Positions 1-15,800 of a stretch of DNA of 64,000 nucleotides are shown piece after piece; within the stretch, counting starts at the first letter, position 1, and each line of letters starts with the position of its first letter. A program made the position numbers and the translations under genes. Source of the DNA: Intoshia linei (Eukaryota; Animalia; Orthonectida); NCBI GenBank assembly GCA_001642005.1, contig LWCA01000033.1:1-64000 (forward strand), read 5' to 3'. The notes under the pieces are model-generated. The model was not told the origin of the DNA. It saw nothing but the letters and a program-made list of their open reading frames with translations, and made no database searches.

Positions 1-882
1 AAAAAATATAAATTTAAAATTAATTGTTATAGAAATAATTATTACTATGAAATTTACAATACAAAATAAATTAAATTTTGCTTATTATTCATATTTTGAA
101 GTCCTTTGCCCCAGGGTTTTTTTTAATCCTTTTAATATAATTTTTTAATAATTGTGTATAATTCACCCCATCTTCCACGTATGGGGTGGAACTTTTATAT
201 TTTCGCAAAAAAGTGAAAAAATCCACACCCCTAATTTAGATATTTATGTAATTTCAGTGAACGCAATCTTTTTCATAGACCGAAAGATTTATTTGAAAGC
301 TGTAGCCGATTAACAAACATTTTCAAAACGTTTGAATTATTGTAAATAATATTATCAAACACATAACAAAGGCAAAGTGACCAAAAAGGAACGTTTAAAA
401 AATCTTTATACATCGATGAATAATTTTTATTTTCAAGTTGTCAAAAATTTACATATGGGTTTGCAGTTAGGCAAGGGTTGCTTATTCAATCTAATTTTAT
501 CTATCTCTCTTGTATCTTGAAATCATATGTCAATTTCAGAGATTTAAACTTACATTTTATGAATCACCGTAAAAATTTTGCACTTTTATTACTTAACATT
601 TTAATTTTGAATACAATTAATTGCAAAATGGGGTGCATTATGTTTTAAATTTAAGAACCAATTATTAGATCTTTTTTGCATTGTTTAGATGATTAAAAAT
701 AAAAAAAAATACAAAATTAAATTTAAAAGAATACAAATAAATTTGGTAGTGGACCCGATACATACCAATACTCTAATAAATTTTCGTGGGCCAAAGGAAT
801 TAATGTGTCGATAACGAACACTATGACGACTCTACCGTTAAAAAATATCTGTTAGGTATAGTAAAAAGTTGATAGATAATTA

Positions 883-3800
883 CAATTGTTAATAATCGAA
901 GTATATTCGTCAGCCATGTTTTTAAATCCTTCCTTTTTCTGATTAGACAATGTCAAACTAATACGATTTTCAGCTAAATCAATTTCAATTGATTTTTTCT
1001 GAGAAACCAAATTTTCAAAATCCATTTCATGTTGTCTAATTTCATCCTGATATTTTATTCTAAATTAGTAGTAATTAGTAATTATACCAAAATTAACATT
1101 ATATTTACTGTAATAATATTAAAATAAATGTATAATTAGTGATTAATCACTTAGTATTTTACACTTAAATGTTTGGTTCCCCAGCCATAAAAAATTAGTC
1201 TTAAAAATTTATCATAATTTAGATTAAATATTAGAAAATTAAAGAGAGAATATTTTATTTGTAATATAAAATTATGACAAGTCCCCCAAAAATTTGATGG
1301 GAAACATTTGAAAAATCTAATCCTCAATGATTATGAAACTACAATAAGTGATAAATTCTCATATAAATGATAAAATAAATTTTTTACACAGTCTGATCCA
1401 AATTTTTTTTTTGTTCCGAAGCATCACTTTGTAATTTAGAAATTTTATTTCTAGCATCATTTTCAAAAACAAGTTTATCCTGACATATTTTATCATTTTC
1501 CAAAGACATTACAGTAATATCATTTTCAAGTGTCGATATCTTTTCTAAAAGTTGATTCTTTTCCTGGTTAAATTTAAGCAATTCAGTCTGTCTTAAATTT
1601 TCATGTAATTCAGAGTCTTCTTTGTTTCTTTTTTTTAAAATAGAAACTTCTTTAGAATGATTTGCTGCTTCATTTTTCAATTTAACATTTAATTCATCCT
1701 TTTCATTTTCGTTTTGGTTAATTAAGTCAGCCTTTTCTTTTTCCATTGTATCTTGAAGTATAGTCTAACAAAATTTTATTAATTTTAAAATTTTAATAAT
1801 TTTCACCTTCTCTTGGTTCAATTTTTCTACATATTCCAAATGATTATCTTGCAATAGTTTAATATTATTAGTCAATTCTTCAGTGTTTCGTAAATTAGAT
1901 AATTTTTCCTTTTCTAATTCACTTTGATAAACATTTTTCTGATGTTCATATTCTTTTGAGAGTTTTACATATTCTTCTACAATTAATGATTAATAAAAAG
2001 AAATTATTAATAAAAAAAAATTTACCGTGTAATTGATCCTTTTTTATCGACAAGTCTTGTGTTTCTTGTTCCAAGGATTGTCGTTTACTTTCTAAATGAG
2101 AGAATGCTTCTTCACTTTGGTATAAACGTGATTCTAATCCTGATGTATGCAATTTTAATGACAAGTTTTCTTCGTTGACCGACTGATTAGTGCGTTCAAG
2201 TGCTTTTAATTGAACAGCTAAAGCAGCTTCTTGTTTTGATATTATTTCTTTTTCACTCTGTATTCTTGATATAGCCGTTTGTAACCTATCCAATTCTTTC
2301 TTGTTTTTGTTTAATTCTTCAAACATTGTTTGCTTTTCACGATTAATCTATTTTCAAAATAATTAAACCAATAAAAAATTAGTTATAAATTCCTTTTATT
2401 TTTGTATTGATTATTTTTATAGAATAGCTCATTTGTCTGATTAGAAAATTTTATAAAGTCCACATTTCAATTATAGTTTTTTCCGGGTGGTAGCAAAATA
2501 AATTTATACCTCCCAAACTCACATGTTACGGGTCAAAAAGCCCAATTGTCCTTTTTTTTGAAAATCAAACAAGTTCGAGAATTAAAAAATATATATACTT
2601 TGATACGGATTTTAAAATCATTAATATTATCATAAATTTAAATTTAAAAAAAATATATGTTCAAAGCCGAAACCACAAATTACCTTTTTTTTAATGAAAA
2701 CAGCCCTAGAATTTAAAACAATTTACAGGTGTAACAGTTGTATCCTGTTAACACACACAAAAAAATTTCAATCTGAATAAGTGACGAGTTCACAGTCAAA
2801 AAAGCATTTTAGTATTCATATATTATTTTCCAAAATATTTTATTAAAACAAAAAATATCAAATAATTAACGGTCCAAAAATTTAAAAAAAAAATTATTCT
2901 GATAGAGCTTATTCCAGTTAATATAAATACTAAATTTCAACCCCAGAAATCTACGCATTCCCAATGAAAAATAATTTTTAATATTATCAACCAATATTTT
3001 TCAAATATATTGATTAAAATAAAAATTGAAAATGTAAATATTAATCCTACAATTTCAAAAAAAATGTGCATTGAACGTCTACACATTTCCAATAAAGAAA
3101 TATGGGTGAAAATCTATATAATTCATTCCTTCGCAATTTTTTTCTACATACATTTGCTAGATATAAACTTAATTAGACACATACATATTTAAAATTTAAA
3201 TTGAAACACACTTTTTTTCTCATAGGCCATGTAGGTGACGCTTACTATAAATTAAAGATAGTTGTATTTCTAATAATTTTCTTATAAAAATTTCATTACA
3301 TAGTTGAAATAAAAAATCATAGTCAACGAAATTCCCTAAATTTGGTGTAATAAAAATTTCGTTTAATACGAATTATATCGTATTGAATAAAAATGTAGAA
3401 TATATGCAGTGAATATTATGCATTTACAAGTTTACTTGGTTTAATGATGAGTTCAAAACATTTTTGTCTTTTGTAAGTTGATGAACGTTTTCTTGCAATT
3501 CATTTCTTTGTGTTTCCGATTGTGTTAATTTCTTTGAAAGTGCTAAAAAATTAAATATTAAAAATGTCAATATGATCTTAGATTTGGAAGTAAAATTATG
3601 TGACAACTCGACTGATTATTTAGGATGGTTTATTCGTTATAAATTTTCCAAGAAAATGAATTTGTAATTTTTAAAGAAACAGAATACTACACTATACTAT
3701 ATACTAAACTGAAGTGTATAGTATACACTGTATACTATCTGAAATAAATCTGTTTATAATAAACACAAACTATCTGCCGTCGCCATTTGTATAATATATA

Positions 3801-6800
3801 TAATATATGTAATTATTAATTACACATATAAATAATATTTTTAAATATAATTCACCATTTTTTTCATTTTCATTATCAATTAATTTTTGCTCAATATCAC
3901 CAATAACACCTTTTAAATGCATTGCTTCATCGGTCAGGTTTTCTCTCTGGCCAATTAAGTCAGCAATATCTTTTTCGTTCTAAAAATACATTACAATTTT
4001 TATCAAAAATACTTAAATTATAACAAGATACCATTATGACATTTTCTTTCAAGTTTGACTTTTCTTCCAATAAAGATTCCTTCTCATTTTTTAAATTTGT
4101 TATATTATCTCTTAGTTGAGCTTTATCATTCTTATATTTTTGAATCTTATTGAGTAAAATACTGTTGCGTTCTTCATATTTTATCAGATTTGAATCTAAG
4201 AGAATATTAAAGTTTGTAAATATCCAAAATTTAGTCTCGAAAAGTGAAATGTTAAATTGATGGTATAATTCAGTATATTATAATATACTGAATATATCAT
4301 ATGACAATAATGATAATTATTTAACATTGTAAATAATAATTTTAAGAATACGTCATTTTTAATAATTTTAATAATGCTTTACCAAAATTGAAAAATTATT
4401 TAGGGTCATAAAATTTATAGCAAATTGGTTGAAAATATTTTTCATTTTTTACCAGGAAATCTTATTTAATACCTATAAAACGCGACCACATTAACCTCGG
4501 TATTCAATTTAGCATACATGTAAATTGCATTTAAAAATGCTATTAATTATATTATTTTGCGTTGAAATTTTGAAGTCATTTTTTCTACTGTAGTGATTAA
4601 TATTATCATTACTACTATTAATAATGTAAGTAAATTTTTTATGGAGATATAAAATGAAAATTCAAATTTAAATCGTGACATCATTCAGCAATCCATTTTA
4701 GAAATGTGTCTTTAAATATGATATGTATTAAAACGAATCACATGATAAAGTATACAATGCATACTATAGATATCGGAAAAAATTAAAGCTTTTAAACGTA
4801 GTATTGACTTTATGATATTGTTCTCCATGTTTAGTTATACAGTTTTTTTTAAATTTGTTTCTAGCTCAATTCTTTGGGATTTTATTAACGATTTAACTTC
4901 TCGAATTCTGGCTATTTACATTTATTTACATTATTTAAATTTTAAATTTTAAATTTATTCGAGAAATTAAATCGTTAATAGAATCCCAAAGAATTGAGCT
5001 AGAAACAAATTAAAAAAAATAAACTGTATAACTAAACATGGTACGTATTTTTCTGGCCGTTTTATTTAAAAACTGTTCAAACGTTGTTGTTTCAAAATAC
5101 AAAAAATTAAAATTATAAAGCTGTTTTTACAATATATCTTGAATTAAAATTTTAAATGATCATCCTACATCAGTGCTTTCTAACCATTTTTGGTTGGCGA
5201 GACATATTTCAATCTCAAAAAATTTTACGATTTACCAATCAAAAAAATAAACGATTGATTAATAAATATAGTTAAACCAATTTTTTCTAATAATAATCTG
5301 AAAATAAGCTAAGTAAAATTTATCATTATCACTAAAAATATCTTTGATTTGCATTTTTACGCCTTCCAATTGTATTGTCTGCTAATGGAATTTAAAAAAA
5401 TATATAAAATTTAAGTTTGGCGACACACAAAAGTGTCACGAACACCGGTTGGAAAGCACTGCCCTACATGTAAACAATTTGTATTTACCAACAATATCCT
5501 TCTTTTGTTGTAATATTTCCTGTGTCATATTTAAATTGTTTATATTTTCATTAAGCATGGATATTTCTGTATTTAAAGAAGATATTTCTGCTGAAAAGTC
5601 CTTGGAAAGTTTTTGTCTAATATTATTATAAATATAAAAATTTACAAATAGAAATTTATTAACAATATTATATAATAAAAAAAGTATATTATGTGAAAAA
5701 GTTATGTTGTATATCCAACATAATTTTTTATACTTACTTTTCACATGTCATTATACTACGTATCAGTAATATCACTAACATAACATTGCATATAATGCAA
5801 TAATTATTGAATCAATAATAATGAATAATTAGCTAACTAGATCGTAAAAACATTTTGGTAATTAATTATAACTTATTTTATACATTTTAAAGTTAACAAT
5901 TGTCAATGATTAATCATTATTTTAAACTTTAGATACAGTGTATTACACAAATACAAACAAATATTTTATTAGAATTTTTAAAAAATATAGAATGGTTTTC
6001 AAAATCTACTTTATGATCAGATTAAAATTCGATCAAACCAATATAAAGAATTATACAACCTTCCATACTCGAGGCTACCAAAAATAAAAAATAGGCTCTA
6101 ATCATTTTTTGCAAATAATGCCTAACGCCACCTTTCCACAGTTCTGGGCTTGGCATACACAATAGTCTTGATATTTAAAAAAAATTTAGTTATGCAATAT
6201 TCATTCATCATCATTCGTTTGGAACTACTTCGTTTTTTTAAGTTTTGGATACAATATGTTAGCCTTATTTTATCACACCCGGTTTCGACCTACCGCCCGA
6301 TACCACCTCTTCGGGATTGACGAAATTTTTGTATCATTTTTGTAAATAATTATGACTTCCTTTCAAAATTAAGCATTAAAAAAAGTAAATTCTTGAACAT
6401 CACAACTATTTTGTGTATGAAAGGTATAATTTCAAATCAAGAGTCTTAGAGAGTTGGCTGGAACCTATTTTTTATTTTTTCTGACTTCGGGTTGTTAAGT
6501 TCGGCTCTCATAACACCCTTGGAAAAAATATACAAAAAGTAAAAAACCTATGTGAAAATGTATAAAAATAAAAGAATAAAGTTTTTCAAAAGTATATGTA
6601 TATCATAGAATACACAGACGTGTGAAGTGAAATTGCTGTGTATAGTATAGAATACACAGACAGTGAAAGGGTTAAGGAAAAATTCCCTTTTTCCAATATT
6701 ATTTTTGAAAACATGTATTTTACCAAATCTTATGAGAAAAAAAATTTTAATTTGTCATAAATGTTTTATATTTAATGTTTCCTATGGAACCAAAAATAAA

Positions 6801-9800
6801 TATTTTCAAATGGGGGTCCGTACACTATTTGAATCGGGAACAACTTCACTAGTTTATTCCTCAATTATGATTTTTCTGTTTATTTTAAAATAATTCATTT
6901 TTACAATACCAATGTAGTGCAATAACAACATATCTTTATTTATTACTCTATATTGGTTATCGCACTACATACACTAACATACACTCAAGATTATTTTAAA
7001 CTTGTGATTAAACTTATAAACATTACAACCAAAATTATCTAAATTTTTTAATCAACTAAAAATTTATTAATTTAATTAATAAAAACAGAAAAATTGTTCC
7101 GTGTAGCCGGTTAAGAACCACCGATTTAAAGTCTATAGAGAATTATAAAATTAATCATTATATTCATCTTAATAGAGCCAATATGTAATTTTTCTTTAAA
7201 TTTAAGAGGAATTTAAGAGTTATTTTTTTCTTCCAAAATCCATTATTTAATTTGATTTGATGAAACTAGTCTAATTGGTAATTACTTCTCCAAAATTGAA
7301 TCTTAATCTGTTTAGATAATGATTTGAATGATTAAATTGGGTGTTCCCACAATTTCTATACAACGGACCAGTAATTTACTATAAAATTTCTTGCTGCAAC
7401 TACAGTAGTACGAAATTACTAGACAAAATTATAAAAATATGATAATCTCAATTTAATAATTATAATTATTAAATTTATTTTATTCTAAAGGTTTTTTGTT
7501 TATTTTTTTTTATTCAAAAAAAGACTGAAAAGTCCTCTAAAAATAATGATAAGAAATAATCATTAAATTGTGTTTTAAACATTAAAAAATACCTTAATAT
7601 CATATTTAATATTCAATAACAGTACCCTAAAGCGCTCTTAAAACATGGAAAACTAAAAATCTACCAGTTAATTCTGGTTACAATGAACTTTAGGATACAT
7701 TGTATAATATTATCAATCAATAAATAACTCTAAAACCTTATTTTAAATTTAGTATCAAAATATCCAAAAAAATCTATCAACTCTATCAATTTTAATTAAC
7801 ATCAAATTATATAAAAACACTTTCGTAAGTTTAAAAAATATGAATTAGTTTATAATTAATTTAATAAAGGCAATTTTAATTAGTTTAAAATAGAGTGATC
7901 AATGTTCACTATTCATATAAATGATAATTTTAACTTTTATTAAATTAATAAATTCTCTCAATTACTATTCATCCCTTTGACTCATGTACCAGTTTAACAG
8001 TCAAATTAAGGTGTCCACTTTTGATGTTTTTTTTTATTAGAAAACCCATTTTTCTACTGTCAAAGGTATACTTGTTGCTATGCTTGTAATTCCTTTGATG
8101 GATTGCCCATGTTTTGGGAACCATTTTGTTTTTTTAAATTAAATTCTAGCTCATTTATTTTGGTTTTTACGACATTCATTTTGAGTTTATAATAAATTAT
8201 GTATAGTTTTTGGGTCAATTATGACAAATTCAAACATTTTTAAAAACCAAAATAAATAAGCCAGAAATGAATTTTAAAAAAAAAAATGGTTCACAAAGCA
8301 TGATAAACGCATCAAATTAATCAGCAACATAATTACCCATAGAAAAAAATTACAACTGATTATACATACAATAAAGTTATATTGTACATTTATCTTAACA
8401 TTTTTGTATAAATTGTAAAAATTACATTTAAGGGGGTAAATATTAACCGATTTAATTTTGTTTTTTAAATGCTTAAAATCAAAAAAAGCATTTAAATGGG
8501 AACAAAATGGTATTTTCTAAAAAAAGTGAAACCCTAAGCCACATACTTTAAAAAAATATTAAAAAATATAAAAAAAATAAAACAATAAAATATTATTGCA
8601 AAAATAATAGTACTCCTTCTTTAGATCCTTCGACATTTTTTCTGAAATTTCAATTTTCATGCCAAGTTCATTTTCCAAATTATTATTTTCTTCTTTTAAA
8701 TCACTCAAATTATTATTGACTATTTTATTTTGATTGATCAAATTATTGATTTGTTCCATCAATTCAGATTTTTGCTTTTCTATATTTTTTTGATGATTTT
8801 TCAAATTTTCATTTAAAAGTTCATAGCTTTCTACTTTTTCTTGAGCTTCAGATAGGTTTTGGGTACTAAAATAAAATAAAATTTTGACATGTTTAAGAAA
8901 ATAGAAATTGAGAAATTTATCATTTTAATTAAACATGGTTCCTTTTGAAAAAGTGGTCATTTCCCCGTTATTTTAAAGATAATGAGAAATATACATTTTT
9001 ATCTAAAAAAATGCATAAAAATGCCTAATAACGTTTAGTATGTCTTTTCAAATATAACCATATCAAATAAAATCATCTAAACTTACACAATTTCATTTCT
9101 TTCGTGCATTTCAGACAATGTTTCATTATGTTTTTTAGAATTGATATCAAGTTGATCAATTTGTTTTTTGAACAAAGTATTTTGTTCATCTAAAGAAGAA
9201 ACCTTAGCCTTTAATTCACTCAATTGTAATTGTCGTTTGTTTAAAGCAGCTTGAACAGCCTGATAAGTTGAATCGGCAAAACCATGTCGCATTCTTGGTG
9301 TATTTAAATTGACATTACCATTGAATTTTTCCTTTTCATTGATTTTTGATTTTACATCATTTAATGAAATGTGATTATCCAATGAATATTCATTATCAAT
9401 CAAAATTTCATTTGAAATTCTTCGTAAGGCATCATGCATGGCTTCAACGTTTTCACATTTTGAACTGGTTGAATCAGCTTCATCTCTATCCGAACTTTTT
9501 GCATCATTTTCATGAACTTGTTGTTTTAAATCAAATACCTTTTTCTCCAAATTAGCTATATTTGATCGTAATTTTTCGTTTGTTTCAGTCATTTCACGGG
9601 ATCTAAAAATTTTTTATTTTGAAATTTTAATATTTGCTTACCCAACATTTGATAAGGTATTATCATATTTTGTTTTAAGATCAAAAATTTCCCTTTTTTT
9701 CTCTCTGAGTTCCATTTTTATCTTTGAAGAATCTTCATTGCTTTTGTCAAGAATAATTTTTAATTTTTCGTTTATACTGGCATTGATGGTGTTATTTGTA

Positions 9801-12800
9801 CTATCTACGTTCTGTTTTGCTGATAAAATATCTTCATGCAAACTATTCAACTGTCGACTTGTAAATTTTTTCATTGTCTCAAATTGTTCTCTGAATTCGA
9901 TAATATGTTTCCACATTTCTGCAACTTTGGCACGTTCAGCATTGTAGTATTGGTTAAATGACTAAAAATAAATGAATATATCATTTGGTTCACGATTAAA
10001 GGATTCAAGTACAAGTATGTATTCTTAATTTTTAATTTTTAATATTATTCACAAATACTAAATTTATACTCATTAGTAAATTACATTAGTCAATTTATTT
10101 GTACATTACTCATATCTTACTTAATTAATCACTAAACATTGATAATTTCTTACCACTTCTTCTTCATTCCAAATTTTTTGTTTAGTCTCAATTTCATCAA
10201 TCAAAGCATTGTTTTCTTTTTCACATTTTTCATTATTTAGTCTCAAATCAAAATTTAATGACAATGTCTGATCCAATTCATCTCTTAAACTTCTATTTTG
10301 TAAAATAATTTCTTCGTTTCTAAATTTTTTTATTTTATTTTTTTATTCTTCTAGGTAAAATCTAAATACCTCTTTTTTTCATCCGATAAAGTTTCTATTG
10401 CAGTTTCCAGGTTCATACCATATTGTGATTCCACACTTTTTGTCTTTGATTCACTTTCGTTTTTTTTTTTCAATTTATCGTTGTTGTCTTCATACTAAAA
10501 ATTGAATTCATTTAGATATAGTTTAGATTAGGTTGATACGGTATTATCAATACAAATTTATTAAAATAACGCCATTTCATTTTTATTTTACATTTTTGTT
10601 ATGTATTTAAAGTACGATTGAAGTAATTTTTTCTTATTATATTTATAAATGTCCAAATTTGATTTATTTAACAATAATAATGTACTATATAAAGTTATTA
10701 TTTATAATATTAAGGCAAAAATTAACTTAATTTTTATTGTATACATTAATGTATGATTTATTATTATTTTTTTCATGATTTTGTGTAACGATACATTTTG
10801 ATAGAAGTTAATGTTTCATTTTAGCAAAGTTTTAAAGTATTTGGTATTTATGGTAAATAACTTTTCTAAATTCTCTCAGAATTAATGGGGAAAGTAAATA
10901 TAGTATTTTTTATTATAATCACTTATATAAAGTTATAATAATAATATTTACCTTTTGACTCATCAATTTCAATTCTTTTTCTAATTCATAATTTTCAGTT
11001 TTATATTTTATGACCTATATGGAAAGTATAAATTATAAATACATTAGATTAGGCATGGTACAGTGCGGCCTTATTGACGATTACGTGCGACTTTCATTTG
11101 AAAATATGTTATGTTCATTAATTTATAATTATGATTACAATTATAAATTCGAAGACACTTTACCAAAGTTCACTCATCAAAGTAATAAATCTTAGATCAG
11201 TGGTTCCCGATCAGGGTTGCCAACTGCGTTATTTTCCCCCTGAGAATTCGGATTTTCAAATTCAACTCAGGGCTCAGGGTTAAGTAATATTTCTCAGAGT
11301 AATTTAATTATTTCAATAAAAATCATCAGATCAGACATATTTCATTTATATTCTATAATTTTTTAGTCTATGTCTTTTAAATCTTCTCTTAGTGTTAGCA
11401 GTTAATTTTATTCCATTACTTAGTGACACCCATATTTTGTTTTTTTTCTCTAAAGTATTCATCATGAAGTCATTTTGAAATGTGCTATTTGCTATTTGTT
11501 ATGAAAAATTTAAAGTATTCATTTTGAAATTTGTAATAAAAATTGTGTGTAAACTGTTATTTAATTGTTATTTATTGTTTAATTATTTTTTGAAAAAGAG
11601 ACACCCCATAGTAAAAGAGGGCCCCAAAAAAAATTTTCGCTTATGGGGAAATTGCATAACACGCTGCGTTTCACTATATGGTGCTTCGCTCAAAAATTCG
11701 GGTTGAGAATAACTTAATGTTGGTAACTCTATTCCCAATTCAAATAGTGTACGGACCACTATTTCAAAATAATTATTTTTTGGACCTATTCTTTGATAAA
11801 ATCGTGTTTTTCAAAAAAATATGGGAAAAAAATGATTTTTCCTGTATTTGGGTTGGTAAAATTCGATTTTTTATTTGAGGTTTTGAATTAATATGTTGTT
11901 GCTCATAAGATTTGGTAAAATTAAATTTTTAAAAAAATATCGGTAAAAGTAGATTTTTCCATGAGGGTTTTAAATGCCATTTTTTATTAAATTTTATTAA
12001 TAGTGGGATTTTTTAAATAATAATATAGTGGTTGTCTAGGTTTTATCCTAAATTTTAGTGTAAATTTATAAAATCTGCAAATTTGTAGTACTAAGTATCT
12101 AATTGAACATTAGTATTTTACAATACAAAGTTTTGATTGCTTTGATAATTATAAACAAAGAAAATACAAATACAATGTATATTCTTGAATATTTAGTAAA
12201 ATCAACAGGTTCATTGAACATATTGAATGTAACTTTGAATAGTTAATATTAACGCAGTGAGTGGCTTAAATTTTCAAATACAAGTAAAAATATTTTAATT
12301 GTATACAATCCGTTCTTAATTATAGTTATGTAAAATTTACTACTCGCAAATACATTTAATTGTATATTAAATAATATGCATATATTTCATATTTACTATT
12401 TAATTTTTTTGTTAATTTCAAATTGTTGATTTGAGTTAATTTAAATTCAATGTTTGTTTAGCAAGTCTGAATGCATTGTTTTATATGGAATCTATATCCA
12501 ATAAAACTAAATTATCTACATGTTTATAATCAAATTACATGTAAATAAGTATACATCAAAATGAATTAAAAATAATATATCATTTTTTTAACACATTCAA
12601 TGGTGTATTATTTTTGATATCTCAGATTAATCAGTGTTTTAGTCGTTTATGCCTTTTATGTACAAAAGATACCAATTAAAGGGGAAAAGTACATAAAACA
12701 TTAACATTTTGCAAATAATTTTTTTTAAATTAAATTATTAAGTTCAAAGCCCATCTTTATTAAAAATAAGCAAATATAAACTAATATTAAAATTATTATT

Positions 12801-15800
12801 ATTAAATAAAAAATAGAAAGAAACCAATTGGTGAAATTGAAACTCATATTTCTGTATTTCACATGTGTATACTATACAGTCAGTTCCCATATTTTTCGAA
12901 ATTTTATGATGAATATTTACATTTTTAATTTAAATCCAAGAATTTGAAAAATGTTGGTTGATAATATATTGAAAGTTATTTTCACTGGGAATAAGTAGAT
13001 TTCTGAGATTGAAACATTGTATATATCTATATCAGAACAATACAATATCAATATATAATATATGAAAAATATCAGAATATAGTTACCAAATAAAAAAATG
13101 ATTACTAAAGTGCTTTTTTGATTGTGAAAGCGTCAGTTTATCAGATTGAAATTTTTTTGTGTATTAACTGGATATAACTGTATCATCTGTATTTTTTTTA
13201 AATTCTAAGTCTGCTTTTATTTTTTAAAATAAGGGTAATCTGTGGTTTTGATCGTAAAAAAGCACTTTTTTCAAATTTACATTTATTAATATTAATATTT
13301 TAATAATAATGATTTTAAGTAATTATGTAAATTTTTTTAAATTCTAGGTTTGTTTTCATTAAAAAAAAGGGTCATTTGGGGTTTTGGCCCTGAAGATAAA
13401 ATGATAAGAGGAAAGGAAGAAGTGGAAAAATAAAATTAAAATGGTTCAGATATGAAAATTAACATTTAAAAATTTTGAAAACCATTAATTTTGACGTCTA
13501 AAGCAGGGATTCTCAAAGTAGGCCACAGAAAATTTTCAACATTAAAAAAAATTTGGTGTATTAAGCCATAAAATTGCTAACCAAAACAAAATCTATATAT
13601 TACATAATAAATTTGAAATATAAATTTGTAATTATGGTTTATAGATCTTCAAAACTTTGAAACAGATGATGAAACTAGTCCTGAATTAACTGAAAAACTC
13701 TTGGACTTAAAAGAAAATTTGAAATTAGTAAGACGAATAGAAAAGGAATGTGTATTTGCATTTATGGCAATTCAAGAATCAAATGCAATTGTGTTTGATT
13801 ATGTTCAATCAAGCATTATTGCTTTTTCTACAACATGGCTCGTAGAAGCTGGATTTTCAGGAGTAGTCGATATTTTTAGTAAGAAGAGGTCAAAATTGAA
13901 TGTGAAAAACCGAGGAATAATGCTTTAAGATTGAATAAACTAATAGAAATTGATTACGATTCATTGTGTAACAAACACCAATGCAGTCACTAACTAGTAT
14001 AAATTTAAATTTACTTATTGATTATTATTTTTAACACTTTTCTTGATACTTTAAAATTTAAACAAATAAAGCATTTTACTGTAAATAAAAGTGGATATTT
14101 TAAGGTTTATTTAAAGTGGGCGATGGAATTTTAGACAAAAATTTTTTGAACCATCGCCTAAAAAAGGTTGGGAACCACTGATCTAAAGCGTACCAGTACG
14201 CTCTCAATGCGAAACTTGAAATCTTATTAAATTAAAATTTTTTAAATCTCATTTAAACTCCAATAAACCGGATTTACAACAATTTGAATTATTTGACAAA
14301 CTTAATTACTCTAAACAATGATATTCAAATGACATTGAAATAACAAAAATAAGCCAATATTTTTTCAAGGTATGAAAATATACACCTGAATTTCACTAAA
14401 ATGTATAATTTTTATATATGTAAAAATATAACTGTTCTAAATATCAAACTGAAAACAATGAAAAATTACTTCAATTTGTGTATATTTAAACTACGCTTGA
14501 TATACTTTGAAAAATGTAAATATTTGAAGATTTAGAAAACAATACGCAATACTAACATTAATTTATTATTATTATGCGCGTATTGATGAAATAAAAAAAT
14601 ATTGTATAATATACACTAATCCATTTTTAAATGCTTAAATTCTACTTAAATTGACTAATTACAAATTAAGCACAATAAAACTACATCGCAAACCCAAATT
14701 TTGAAACGTATGAATCACAATATTATATTCATTAATAAAAATATTAGCAATTTTTCATTTTTTCATCTCCACATCAAATTATTTTACATTATCATAAAGG
14801 TATATATGAAAAGACCCAAATATGCTATGTTATGCTCTTAAATAACAAATACATACATATTATCACAATTTATTAATATTTATTGTATTTTCTATTATTT
14901 TTGAAATTTAAAAAAAATTAAATAGTTGAATAATGGTTTAAAATACATAAATCAATAACAAGTCTGATAATTTGACAATAATAACAATATATTAAACAAA
15001 CGCAAATTAATGTAATGATTAGTTTAGTATATTTTGAGTAAAGAAATTTTCTTACTGTCAATAGATTTTCTATATTTTTTTAACCTGCATAATTGCAAAT
15101 GAACTATAACCAAGTTAATTTTTTTTTAGACTAATGCATACTGGAGCTATTAAAATAAAAAAAAAATTACTTTATTATGCAAATGCTTATTCTGATCTTG
15201 TTGTTTTTCTAGACATTGTTTGTAATTATTAATTTGTTTCGTATATTGTTCATTATAAATATTTTTCATTGCATATTCAGATGTTGAAAATTGATTTAAA
15301 TTTTGATTATAAAATACTTTGGATTTTCCATAATCAACATCAATTTTTTTTTCTGAATCATCAATATCACTATTTGAAGACATTGAGTAATTATAATGAG
15401 AATTTTGTTTTTCAGAATTGTAAATTAATTCAATCTATATTAATTTATATGATTGTATAATAATTGGAAAAATGTGAACCAAGTTTCCTAGAAATACCGA
15501 TACAAACATGCTAAGACATGTATAGGTATTTCAATTGTTTTATAGTCACACAATTGAAAATGCAGGTTAATATTAATGTTAATCTAATTTATTGATATTT
15601 AATACATTTGTGGGGTTCTACAAAGTTTTACTAAATTATAATTTTATTACTTCAAAATTTTTCACTTATTTTATTGACTTTGTTAATTTAAAAATTTAAA
15701 CGATTATTAATTACACTAAAGTTTATAGTGTACACTTAAAACGACTATATAGTAAATTAGATTTTAATTTTGGGTCAAATTATGCTTACAATTAAATTTT

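Noticed and set aside
9346-9947. Plus-strand ORFs (also 5449-5631, 15269-15460, 36156-36470, and minus-strand 23682-23960, 28588-28845)
   Set aside because: They are antisense shadows of real exons on the opposite strand.
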